Assembly: GCA_009379995.1 (NCBI GenBank)
Contig: WHSR01000009.1
Span: forward strand, 997 to 64,996
From: Streptosporangiales bacterium
GTDB taxonomy: Bacteria > Actinomycetota > Actinomycetes > Streptosporangiales > WHSR01
Reading direction: 5' to 3'
DNA length: 64,000 nucleotides
Both the position numbers and the translations under genes were made by a program. The notes under the pieces are model-generated. The model was not told the DNA's origin. It worked only from the letters and a program-made list of their open reading frames with translations, and ran no database searches. Shown one piece after another: positions 55,137-63,479 of the stretch. How positions within the stretch are numbered: position 1 is the stretch's first letter; each line of letters begins with the position of its first letter.

Positions 55137-56444
55137 TTAGCAGGTCCGCAGGAAGCGGTCCAGTACGCGGGCGCCGAACTCGAGCGCGCTCACCGGAACC
55201 CGCTCGTCGATCCCGTGGACCAACGACCGGTGGTCGAAGCTCGGAGGAAACCACAGGGGCGCGAACCCGTAGCAGGCGATGCCGAGGCGGCCGAACGCCT
55301 TGGCGTCACTGCCGCCCGTTGCGCAGTTGGGCACCACGACGCCGTCCGGATCCTCGGCGGCGATCGTCTTGACCGCTGCATCGACAACGCCGCCGGTAAG
55401 CGGTGCCTGTATCGGCGACGACCTGCGCACGAAGTCGACCTCGACGTCGTCGCCAGCCAGGGCGCGCAGGGTAGTGGTGAACTCGTCCTCGAAGCCGGGG
55501 AGCATCCGCCCGTCCACGAACGCCGTGGCGACGGCGGGGATGACATTCACCTTGTACCCGGCCTCCAGCATGGTGGGGCTGGCACTGTTGCGCAGCACGC
55601 CCTCGACCAGGTCGGCGGCCCGGCCGAGCGCCGGTCGCACGGGATCGAGGTTGGCCGGGTCGATCCTCTGCCCGATGACATCCTCCAGCGCCCCCAGGAG
55701 CGCCTTTACGGCGGGGGCGAGCCGTACCGGCCACTCGTACCCGCCGATCCGGGTGACGGCCGCCGCGACCCGGGCCACCGGGTTGTCCCGTGTTGGCCGC
55801 GATCCGTGACCCGCGGTGCCGACCGCCCGGAGCCTCGTCCATGCGGCACCGCGTTCGCCGGTGCCGAGCGGGTAGACCCGGGACCCGTCCGGGAGGTACA
55901 CGGTGTAACCGCCGCCCTCGCCGATCGCCTCCGTTACGCCGGTGAGCAGGTCCGGGTGCTCGTCGACAAGCCAGTGCGCGCCGTACCTGCCGCCGTCCTC
56001 CTCGTCCGCCACGAACGCGAGCACGAGATCGCGGCGAGGCCGCAGGCCCCGGCGCGACCAGTTCCGTACGACCGTCAGCGTCGAAGCGATCAGGTGCTTC
56101 ATGTCGATAGCGCCGCGGCCCCACACCTCGCCGTCCCGAACCTCACCCGAGAACGGCGGCACCGTCCAGCCGGCCGCATCGGCGGGCACGACGTCCAGGT
56201 GCCCGTGTACCAGCAGCCCGGCGGCGTCGGGGTCCGAGCCGGGCACCTGGCAGACGACGTTCGCGCGCCGGTCGGCCGACTCCAGCACCTGTGGCTCGAG
56301 GCGTGCGTCGGCGAGCAGCGCCGCGACATACTCAGCGGCCTCCCGCTCGCCCCGCGACTCCGCGTCGCCGAAGTTCGTCGTGTCGAGGGCCACGAGCCCG
56401 GAGCAGATCGACACGACCTCTTCCATCTCGTCAGGTCCCGTCAT
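55137..56444 (-). CDS. M20/M25/M40 family metallopeptidase (dipeptidase/desuccinylase-like)
   Basis: From ATG 56444: ..LLVHGHLDVVPA..WGRGAIDMK..FVADEEDGG.. ATGA overlap with the ABC ATPase stop. Confidence 0.9.
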   Translation of the reverse strand: MTGPDEMEEVVSICSGLVALDTTNFGDAESRGEREAAEYVAALLADARLEPQVLESADRRANVVCQVPGSDPDAAGLLVHGHLDVVPADAAGWTVPPFSGEVRDGEVWGRGAIDMKHLIASTLTVVRNWSRRGLRPRRDLVLAFVADEEDGGRYGAHWLVDEHPDLLTGVTEAIGEGGGYTVYLPDGSRVYPLGTGERGAAWTRLRAVGTAGHGSRPTRDNPVARVAAAVTRIGGYEWPVRLAPAVKALLGALEDVIGQRIDPANLDPVRPALGRAADLVEGVLRNSASPTMLEAGYKVNVIPAVATAFVDGRMLPGFEDEFTTTLRALAGDDVEVDFVRRSSPIQAPLTGGVVDAAVKTIAAEDPDGVVVPNCATGGSDAKAFGRLGIACYGFAPLWFPPSFDHRSLVHGIDERVPVSALEFGARVLDRFLRTC

Positions 56445-58501
56445 GCCGCCGGCCCGAGGGGAAAATGGCAGGCCGCGCGGTGTCCATCCGTCCCCAGGGC
56501 ACGCAGCTGCGGCTCCTCGTGGGCGCAGACCTCCTCGGCAAATGGACAGCGAGTACGGAAACGGCAACCGGACGGCGGGTGGATCGCGCTGGGCAGCTCG
56601 CCGGTGACCCCCACCGCCCGCTTCTCCTTCTCCCGCCAGGGGTCGGCGGCGGGGACAGTATCGATCAACCCGCGCGTGTAGGGATGTCGGGGCCGCTCGT
56701 ACACCGAGTCGGCCGGGCCGATCTCGACGAGCTTGCCGAGGTACATCACGCCGATGGTGTCGGAGAGGTACCGGATCACCGACAGGTCGTGCGAGATGAT
56801 CACGTACGTGAGGCCGTGCCGGCGTTGCAGGTCCTGCATCAGGTTGAGGATCTGCGCCTGGATGGACACATCCAGCGCGGAGACCGGCTCGTCGGCGACG
56901 ACCAGCTGGGGGTTCAGGGTGAGCGCGCGGGCGAGGCCGACGCGCTGCCGCTGCCCGCCGGAGAACTCGTGCGGATAACGGTCCACCGCCCGGCGGGGCA
57001 GGCCGACCTCATCGAGCAGCTCCGCTACCCGCCGTTCCTGTTCTCGACGGGAGCCGATGCCCTGGATGACCAGCGGCTCGCGCAGGATCCCGCCGACCCG
57101 CATCCGCGGGTCCAGCGAGCCGTAGGAGTCCTGGAACATCAGCTGCACGCCACGACACAGCTGGCGCAGCGCCCGGCCGCGCACCCGGGAGAACTCCTGG
57201 CCCTCGACGCGTACGGTTCCCGCGCTCGGTCGCTCCAGCCCGACGACGAGCCGACCAACCGTCGTCTTGCCGCACCCGGACTCGCCGACGAGCCCGAAGG
57301 TACTACCGCGCGGCACGTCGAAGGTGACGTCGGCGACGGCGGAGACCCTGCCCACCCTGCGCTGCAGCACGGCACCCGCGGTAACCGGGAAGTCCTTGAC
57401 GACGTGATCGACCTCGAGCAACGGCTCCGCTCGGTCGTTCGAACCGACCTCGGACGCCGCCTCACCGGCCCCGCCGTCGCGGAGAAGCCGGTACCGCACG
57501 TGGTCCCGCGCCGAGGGCTCGCTGACCTCGGGCCGGCCCACCGGGTGGATGCAGGCGAACAGGTGATCCGGCACATCTCCGTCGAGCGTTGGGTCGACGT
57601 CGCGGCACTCGTGCGTGGCGTAGCGGCAGCGGGGGGCGAACCGGCAGCCGGACGGTGGGTTGGTCAGGTCCGGTGGCAGCCCGGGGATGCTGTAAAGCCG
57701 GCGCCTGGTCTCGGCGGCGTTCTCCGGCAAGCCGGTGAACAGCGCCTCGGTGTACGGATGGCGGGCGTTGGCGTACAACGTCTCGGTGTCGGTCGTCTCC
57801 ACCACCCGGCCGGCGTACATCACCGCGACCCGGTCGGCGCGACCGGCGATGACGCCGAGATCGTGCGTGACCAGGATCACCGCCATGCCCAACCGCCGGC
57901 GCAGGTCGTCGATGAGTTCGAGTATCTGCTTCTGGATCGTGACATCCAGGGCGGTGGTGGGTTCGTCGGCGATGAGCAGCTTGGGTTCGCAGGCCAGCGC
58001 CATCGCGATCATCACACGCTGCCGCATGCCGCCGGATAGCTGGTGCGGGTAGTCGCCCGCCCGCTCCTCGGGATGCGGCATGCCGACCAGCCGCAGCACC
58101 TCGATCGCCCGATCCAGCGCCTCCTTCCTCGAGACGTCCCGGTGCAGCAGCATCGATTCGGCGATCTGCGCACCGATCCGGATCGTTGGGTTCAGCGAGG
58201 TCATCGGGTCCTGGAAGATCATCCCAATGTCGTTGCCCCGCACGTGGCGCATCTGGTCGTCGGACAGCGTGGTCAGGTCGGTGCCGTCCAGGACGATCCG
58301 ACCACCCGTGACGTGGCCGCCGGGAGGCAGCAGACGCATCACCGACAGCGCGGTCATCGTCTTGCCGCAGCCGGACTCGCCGACCAGGCCCAGCGTCTCT
58401 CCCGGCTGCACCTCCAGGCTTACCCCGTCGACCGCGCGCACCGTCGTGCGCCGGAGATCGATCCGCGTGTGCAGGCCCTCGATCCGCAGCAGCGGTGGCA
58501 T
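56441..58501 (-). CDS. Peptide ABC transporter ATP-binding protein, fused DppD-DppF double cassette
   Basis: Two cassettes (GESGCGKT x2, LSGGMRQR / FSGGQRQR), each with an oligopeptide-type C-terminal extension. ATG 58501 after GGGAGGG. Confidence 0.9.
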   Translation of the reverse strand: MPPLLRIEGLHTRIDLRRTTVRAVDGVSLEVQPGETLGLVGESGCGKTMTALSVMRLLPPGGHVTGGRIVLDGTDLTTLSDDQMRHVRGNDIGMIFQDPMTSLNPTIRIGAQIAESMLLHRDVSRKEALDRAIEVLRLVGMPHPEERAGDYPHQLSGGMRQRVMIAMALACEPKLLIADEPTTALDVTIQKQILELIDDLRRRLGMAVILVTHDLGVIAGRADRVAVMYAGRVVETTDTETLYANARHPYTEALFTGLPENAAETRRRLYSIPGLPPDLTNPPSGCRFAPRCRYATHECRDVDPTLDGDVPDHLFACIHPVGRPEVSEPSARDHVRYRLLRDGGAGEAASEVGSNDRAEPLLEVDHVVKDFPVTAGAVLQRRVGRVSAVADVTFDVPRGSTFGLVGESGCGKTTVGRLVVGLERPSAGTVRVEGQEFSRVRGRALRQLCRGVQLMFQDSYGSLDPRMRVGGILREPLVIQGIGSRREQERRVAELLDEVGLPRRAVDRYPHEFSGGQRQRVGLARALTLNPQLVVADEPVSALDVSIQAQILNLMQDLQRRHGLTYVIISHDLSVIRYLSDTIGVMYLGKLVEIGPADSVYERPRHPYTRGLIDTVPAADPWREKEKRAVGVTGELPSAIHPPSGCRFRTRCPFAEEVCAHEEPQLRALGTDGHRAACHFPLGPAA

Positions 58502-58590
58502 CTGCCCTCCCGTGCCCCTTCCCATGCCCTCCCCTCCGGCCGGTCGGTCCCATGATCCCCGCGTCCGAACCGCCCAGCAAGGAAGGCGGT

Positions 58591-58777
58591 GTGGTCCTGT
58601 TGACCGTCAGGGCCGAGCGGCGTACAGGCGGCGGCTGGTCTGGCAGGGCTGGCGCGAACACCGCGGCCTGTGGTGGGCGTTGTCGTGGACAAGTTCCGTC
58701 CCGACCGCTTCGACCTCATCGGTGCCGGCATCTGCCTGCTCGGCGTCGCCATCATCATGTACGCACCGCGCGGCTAA
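58591..58777 (+). pseudogene. ynfA: ynfA (UPF0060 small membrane protein) remnant with an internal deletion and frame changes
   Basis: ..[16 protein letters not shown] / [15 protein letters not shown] / [33 protein letters not shown] occupy three frames. About 45 central codons are absent. Confidence 0.5.
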
Positions 58778-58905
58778 CCGGACCTCGCAGCGGCGTCCTT
58801 TGTTCTCTCAGGGCGGATCCTGTCCGCTCCCGTGGGGGAAGGTGTAGCTCCAGGCACGTTGTTTGCCGAGTCAATCGTGACCTCAACGCAGAGGCGGGAG
58901 CAGGC

Positions 58906-60423
58906 ATGGACGCCGATACTCGAGCGAACGGCGGGCAGGGACTCGGCGCACTCTTGGCCCTTTCCTCCCCGCAGGGACGGTGGGTCCTGGGCGCGATGGT
59001 GGCCGGATCGGGGATGGCCTTCCTCGACGGGACTGTGGTCAACGTGGCGCTGCCGGCGATCGGCGAGGAGTTCGGCGCCAGCATGGCCGGCCTGCAGTGG
59101 ATCCTCAACGGGTACATGCTGACGCTGTCCGCGCTGATCCTGTTGAGCGGCGCGCTGGGTGACCGCTACGGAAGGCTGCGGATGTTCCAGGTCGGCGTCG
59201 TGTGGTTCGCCCTCGCGTCCGCACTCTGCGCCCTGGCCGTCAACGTACCCATGCTCGTCCTCGCCCGTATCGCCCAGGGCATCGGCGGCGCGCTGCTGAC
59301 ACCGGGAAGCCTGGCGATCATCGAGGCCACCTTCCGCCAGCAGGACCGGGCCCGGGCGATCGGCGCCTGGTCGGGCCTGACCGGCGTGGCGACGGCGATT
59401 GGACCGTTCGTGGGTGGCTGGCTGATCGACGCCGGGTCGTGGCGGCTGATCTTCGTACTCAACCTGCCGCTCGCGGCCGGCATCGTCGCGATCGGTGCCC
59501 GGCACGTGCCGGAGTCCCGCGATCCCTCGGGCCCGCGGCTCGACGCGGCGGGTGCCCTGCTCGCGGCGACCGGACTCGGCGGCCTCACCTACGCGCTGAT
59601 CACCGCCGGCGAGCGCGGCTTCGGGGCGCCATCGGTGATCGCCGCCGCGGTGGCCGGCGCCGCCGCGCTGGCCGGCTTCGTGACGGTCGAGCGCCGAAGC
59701 TCCCATCCGATGCTGCCGCCGGGCATCTTCTCCTCGTCCCAGTTCACCGCGGCGAACCTGGTGACGGCGGCGGTGTACGCGGGGCTCGGCGCCGTCTTCT
59801 TCCTGCTCGTCGTGCAGCTCCAGCAGGTGCTGGGCTACACGGCGCTGCAGGCCGGCGCGGCCGCGTTGCCCGTCACCCTGCTCATGCTGGCGCTGTCGGC
59901 GCGTTCTGGGGAGCTCGCGCAGCGGATCGGCCCACGCCCACAGATGACTGTCGGCCCGCTTCTGATGGCCGCCGGATTCGTGCTGATGATTCGCATCGGT
60001 CCGGGCGACAGCTACCTGGGCTCGGTGCTGCCGGCGGTGCTCGTACTGGGCCTCGGCCTGGCCACCACGGTGGCGCCGCTGACCGCTACGGTGCTCGCCG
60101 CCGCCGACGAGAGGCACGCCGGCGTGGCGTCCGGGGTGAACAACGCTGTCGCCCGCACCGCCCAGCTCGTCGCCGTCGCGGTCATACCGCTGGCCGCCGG
60201 CATCACCGGGGACGCCTACCGGGACCCGGAGGCCTTCGGGGCCGGCTTCCTCGTGGCGATGCTCATCACGGCCGGGCTGGCGGTCGTCGGCGGCCTGCTG
60301 GCCCTGGCGACGATCCGCCGGCCAGCACTGCATCGCGCCGAGGCCACCCGGCCCCGCCGGGAGCTTCACTGCGCCATGGACGGCCCGCCCCTGGAGGGCT
60401 GCCCCCGGTCATCCGGCCGATGA
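58906..60423 (+). CDS. MFS drug:H+ antiporter, DHA2 (EmrB/QacA, 14-TM) family
   Basis: From ATG 58906: ..FLDGTVVNVALPAIGEEFGAS..WILNGYMLTLSAL..GALGDRYGRLRMF.. Confidence 0.9.
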   Translation: MDADTRANGGQGLGALLALSSPQGRWVLGAMVAGSGMAFLDGTVVNVALPAIGEEFGASMAGLQWILNGYMLTLSALILLSGALGDRYGRLRMFQVGVVWFALASALCALAVNVPMLVLARIAQGIGGALLTPGSLAIIEATFRQQDRARAIGAWSGLTGVATAIGPFVGGWLIDAGSWRLIFVLNLPLAAGIVAIGARHVPESRDPSGPRLDAAGALLAATGLGGLTYALITAGERGFGAPSVIAAAVAGAAALAGFVTVERRSSHPMLPPGIFSSSQFTAANLVTAAVYAGLGAVFFLLVVQLQQVLGYTALQAGAAALPVTLLMLALSARSGELAQRIGPRPQMTVGPLLMAAGFVLMIRIGPGDSYLGSVLPAVLVLGLGLATTVAPLTATVLAAADERHAGVASGVNNAVARTAQLVAVAVIPLAAGITGDAYRDPEAFGAGFLVAMLITAGLAVVGGLLALATIRRPALHRAEATRPRRELHCAMDGPPLEGCPRSSGR

Positions 60424-60615
60424 CTCCGATGAATGGGCCATTCAACAGTAGGCAAGCCCTGTTACCTGTGTAAACAGTAGTTATTGATCTTGCCGGGTAC
60501 GCTGAGGGTGCCCACCGACCCGCTGACCGACGCGCAGCGCGCCATGCCAGGAGTGGCGGACGCGCTGGCGGCGGCAGGGGTCGAGCGCCCGGACCGGAGT
60601 CGAGAAGGTCGCCGG

Positions 60616-60895
60616 TCACCGCTCGTCGTCCTGGCCGGGTAGACGCCGGTAGCGGGCGATTCGCCCGGTCCGCGACCTCGACGACGGGGGTGTCGGGTGA
60701 GAATCGTCGCCAGTTCTTCAGGTCGGGGCCGAGCCGCCATGCGTACCCTTCGGCGGTCACCCAGACGGGCAAGCGATTTTGAAGGGTGACGACGGTCAGC
60801 TCATTCGTGGCGACGACGTGGACGTCGTACCCGCGTGCGGCCAGCTCCTTCGCGAGCGCGTCGGCCGCCGCTTGGTGATCGGTAGCCCACAACAT
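60616..60895 (-). pseudogene. Small hypothetical protein, paralogue of 61836..62261 and 1484..1891, with a probable frame break near 60650-60670
   Basis: MLWATDHQAAADALAKELAARGYDVHVVATNELTVVTLQNRLPVWVTAEGYAWRL..TPVVEVADRA. The annotated frame then runs 130 more low-complexity codons into the MFS gene. The alternative frame ends ..RIARYRRLPGQDDER* at 60616. Confidence 0.45.
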
Positions 60896-60918
60896 GCGCT
60901 CTACTGTCGGGGCAGCGT

Positions 60919-60975
60919 CGCGCTAGCGTGTAGACGTTGAGTGTTGCGCCGACGTTGCGCAGCGAACCTCAACAC
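60919..60975 (-). promoter_or_regulatory. Promoter/operator module A: 29-nt block plus downstream CCTCAACAC half-site
   Basis: 60919-60947 CGCGCTAGCGTGTAGACGTTGAGTGTTGC is 28/29 identical to 62285-62313. Both lie exactly 24 nt from the ATG of a paralogous small gene. Confidence 0.5.
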
Positions 60976-61004
60976 CCGGACGAGGCCCTTGGAACGGTAC
61001 CGCG

Positions 61005-61361
61005 CTAGGTTCGGTCGTCGTCCCAGTCGCGCGGGTCACGGCGCACCACACCGAGCCACCGCACGCCGTTTTCGTCCGGCTCGGTGGGATTGGTCTCCTG
61101 AATGTCTTCGACCAGCAGATAATCCATGTCGGTGTCGCCGAGCTTGAGGCTCGCCGGCGGCGCGGGTGCCTTCCACCTCCAGCCGTACCGCTGGCCGTCG
61201 ATGTCGCGCCACACGAACGACACGACCCGGTTCTCATCGATGGTGACGGATTCCAGCCGCAATCGCGCGAACCAGTTCCACCGGTCGGTGGCGTCGGCAT
61301 AGAAGTCACCGCGTTGCAGGTCGTTCATCCAGAAGGCGAATTCCTCCTCCGGGGCGCTCAT
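61005..61361 (-). CDS. Acidic Trp-rich cytoplasmic protein (118 aa), candidate immunity/partner protein
   Basis: ATG 61361 overlaps the upstream stop (ATGA). MSAPEEEFAFWMNDLQRGDFYADATDRWNWF.. No family recognised. Confidence 0.55.
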   Translation of the reverse strand: MSAPEEEFAFWMNDLQRGDFYADATDRWNWFARLRLESVTIDENRVVSFVWRDIDGQRYGWRWKAPAPPASLKLGDTDMDYLLVEDIQETNPTEPDENGVRWLGVVRRDPRDWDDDRT

Positions 61362-61861
61362 CGCAAGGCTCCCTCCGCGCACTTCGTCCAGCTACTCGTA
61401 TTCACGAGGACGGTCAACAGATTCCCGGTATCGACGTCGACCAGCACCTTGGTGGGGTTACGCTGGCCGGCCAGGCGCAGCGACCACTGGTCCCGCACCG
61501 TCCGGGAGGACACACCGGGCTTGCCGCGTCGGTAGGTGCCTTCGCCGAGAGCACGCCCGATACAATCCATCGCATCATCCCAGCCGCCGATGCCTTTGCG
61601 GCGCAGGTGCCGATACCCCATGCTGTCCTCGTCGCCACACCGCAGCCGCACGATCCCGTGTGCCGTGAACCACGTCTTGACAACGTGGTCCCGATCCTGG
61701 CCGTCGCACGGGTCCTCCGACGCCGACTGACTGCCCCGGTCGCCTCCCTCGCCTCCACCGCCGCCGCCTAACCCGCCGCCGGCCGCCAACGCGAACGCGA
61801 AGAACAGCACCAGGATCGCGATGGGCGCCGAGATGTCATCTTCCTTCTTGGTGGTCGCCAT
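61358..61861 (-). CDS. N-terminally membrane-anchored protein with Gly-rich linker and Cys-containing C-terminal domain (167 aa), candidate exported effector
   Basis: MATTKKEDDISAPIAILVLFFAFALAAGGGLGGGGGGEGG.. then ..RLRCGDEDSMGYRHLRRKGIGGWDDAMDC.. GGAGG RBS inside the upstream gene. Confidence 0.6.
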   Translation of the reverse strand: MATTKKEDDISAPIAILVLFFAFALAAGGGLGGGGGGEGGDRGSQSASEDPCDGQDRDHVVKTWFTAHGIVRLRCGDEDSMGYRHLRRKGIGGWDDAMDCIGRALGEGTYRRGKPGVSSRTVRDQWSLRLAGQRNPTKVLVDVDTGNLLTVLVNTSSWTKCAEGALR

Positions 61862-62261
61862 GACGACCTCCTATGTAGTCACCGCCGATCCGCGCGGACG
61901 CTCGCCTGGTGTCGTGCCACTGTCCGGCCAACACCACGGCCAGCCGCTCGACACCCGCCTCGTCGGTCGGGTAGCGGGTGTAGGTGTCCCAGACGGTGAA
62001 GAACGGCCGGCCGTCCCAATACAGCACCCGGACCCGCGCCCACTCGCCGCCGATGATCAGCGCCGGGATGGTCCGCTCGCTCGGGTCGGATGGCGCGGCG
62101 TTGTCAGTGTGTCGCTTCACCAGGTGCGGCACGCCGAGATCGGCCAGCCTCGCGGACAGCGCCTCCAGCAGCTCCAGCCGACACCGGGCGCGGATGCTCC
62201 ACAGGTCACTACGCTCATCCACCACGCTGGACGAGCACGGCCGCGCGTGCGCGTACACCAT
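61836..62261 (-). CDS. Small hypothetical protein (141 aa), first gene of a three-gene operon, paralogue family member
   Basis: ORF track 61836..62279. ATG 62261 preferred because the motif-to-ATG spacing (24 nt) equals that of module A. Confidence 0.55.
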   Translation of the reverse strand: MVYAHARPCSSSVVDERSDLWSIRARCRLELLEALSARLADLGVPHLVKRHTDNAAPSDPSERTIPALIIGGEWARVRVLYWDGRPFFTVWDTYTRYPTDEAGVERLAVVLAGQWHDTRRASARIGGDYIGGRHGDHQEGR

Positions 62262-62284
62262 GTGATCCACTGTGGACACATGCC

Positions 62285-62343
62285 CGCGCTACCGTGTAGA
62301 CGTTGAGTGTTGCCGGGGCGTTGAGTAACGGCCCTCAACACTC
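62285..62343. promoter_or_regulatory. Promoter/operator module B in the divergent region between the small-gene operon and the XRE regulator
   Basis: 62285-62313 is nearly identical to module A. Contains direct repeats CGTTGAGT (62301, 62319) and the inverted repeat GAGTGTTG (62305-62312) / CAACACTC (62336-62343). Confidence 0.5.
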
Positions 62344-62369
62344 CCGAGCGATAGGTCCTGCGAGCGACG

Positions 62370-63476
62370 GTGTACGCGAGCTTCGGTGACCGGTTACGCG
62401 CGCTGATGTACGAGCGCGGCATCGGCGTGCGCGCACTGGCGCGCAAGGTGCCCTGCGACCCCGGCTACATCTCCCGCCTGCGGAACGGACGGGAGAAACC
62501 GTCCCCCGAACTCGCGCGCCTTCTCGACGACATCCTCAACGCTGGCGGGGAACTCGCCGTGACCCTTCGCACGCACAACGAACGACCCCTGTCAGAAGAG
62601 GTTGATCCTACGAAACGTCGGGATGCCCTGAAGCTGGCACTGGTGGCTCCCCTCGCCCCGGACGCGCTTCGTCGGGTGCTCAGGCAAGCTGCGGCCGAGG
62701 CGATGGAGTTCACGCGCCTGGCCAGTATCTCCGCAGTCGGGCCAGGCACGCTTCAGCACCTTGAGGCCGTAGTCGCCGAACTTGACCGGTCGTATTCCAC
62801 CGAGCCACCCACAGAGCTATTCGCGATCACCCGCGCGTACCGGATACGGGTAGAAGAGCTAGTCCATGGCTCCCACACGCTCAAGGAGGCCCGGGAGCTT
62901 TACGTCTATGCCGGCTGGCTGTCGGAGGTCCTCGCCTGGTTGGCACACGATCTCGGCGATCCGCTGACGGCCGAGGCATTCGCGATCGACTGCCACGAGC
63001 ACGCCCACCAGGCTGGACATGACGAGCTTTGTGCGTGGGCCACCGACGCCATGGCGTCGATCGCGCTGTATACCGGCCAGCCGGAGCGGGCGGTGACGGC
63101 GGCGCACAAGGGCATCGCCCGCGTCCCAGCCTCGCACCCGCTCGCGGTGCGTTTGCGTGCCCAAGCTGGCCGGGCATACGCGCGGCTCGGGCGTCGGGAG
63201 GAGTGCGTCGAGCTTCTTTCGGAGGCGCGGGAGCTGCACGAGCGGCTGCCGGCACGTGCGCCCACCCGGTTCGGCATCGACACTGCAGCCCTAGCCGATT
63301 ACGCCATGACCGCCTACCCTGCATCGGCCTATGTGTGGCTCGGTGAACAAACCGGCAACACCAGGGACTACACCGAGGCCAAGCGATACGCCGAGCACGC
63401 GGTTGCAGTACATGAGAGAGCGCCGGCGGCGGCACGCTCTCCGTCTCGATCGGGGCCGCTTCCTTCGAGGTGTTGA
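62370..63476 (+). CDS. XRE-family HTH + TPR-like regulator, apparently 3'-truncated
   Basis: (GTG) MYASFGDRLRALMYERGIGVRALARKVPCDPGYISRLRNGREKPSPELARLL.. Same architecture as 2063..3479 but about 100 aa shorter, ending in non-homologous ..RSPSRSGPLPSRC*. Confidence 0.75.
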   Translation: MYASFGDRLRALMYERGIGVRALARKVPCDPGYISRLRNGREKPSPELARLLDDILNAGGELAVTLRTHNERPLSEEVDPTKRRDALKLALVAPLAPDALRRVLRQAAAEAMEFTRLASISAVGPGTLQHLEAVVAELDRSYSTEPPTELFAITRAYRIRVEELVHGSHTLKEARELYVYAGWLSEVLAWLAHDLGDPLTAEAFAIDCHEHAHQAGHDELCAWATDAMASIALYTGQPERAVTAAHKGIARVPASHPLAVRLRAQAGRAYARLGRREECVELLSEARELHERLPARAPTRFGIDTAALADYAMTAYPASAYVWLGEQTGNTRDYTEAKRYAEHAVAVHERAPAAARSPSRSGPLPSRC

Positions 63477-63479
63477 CGA

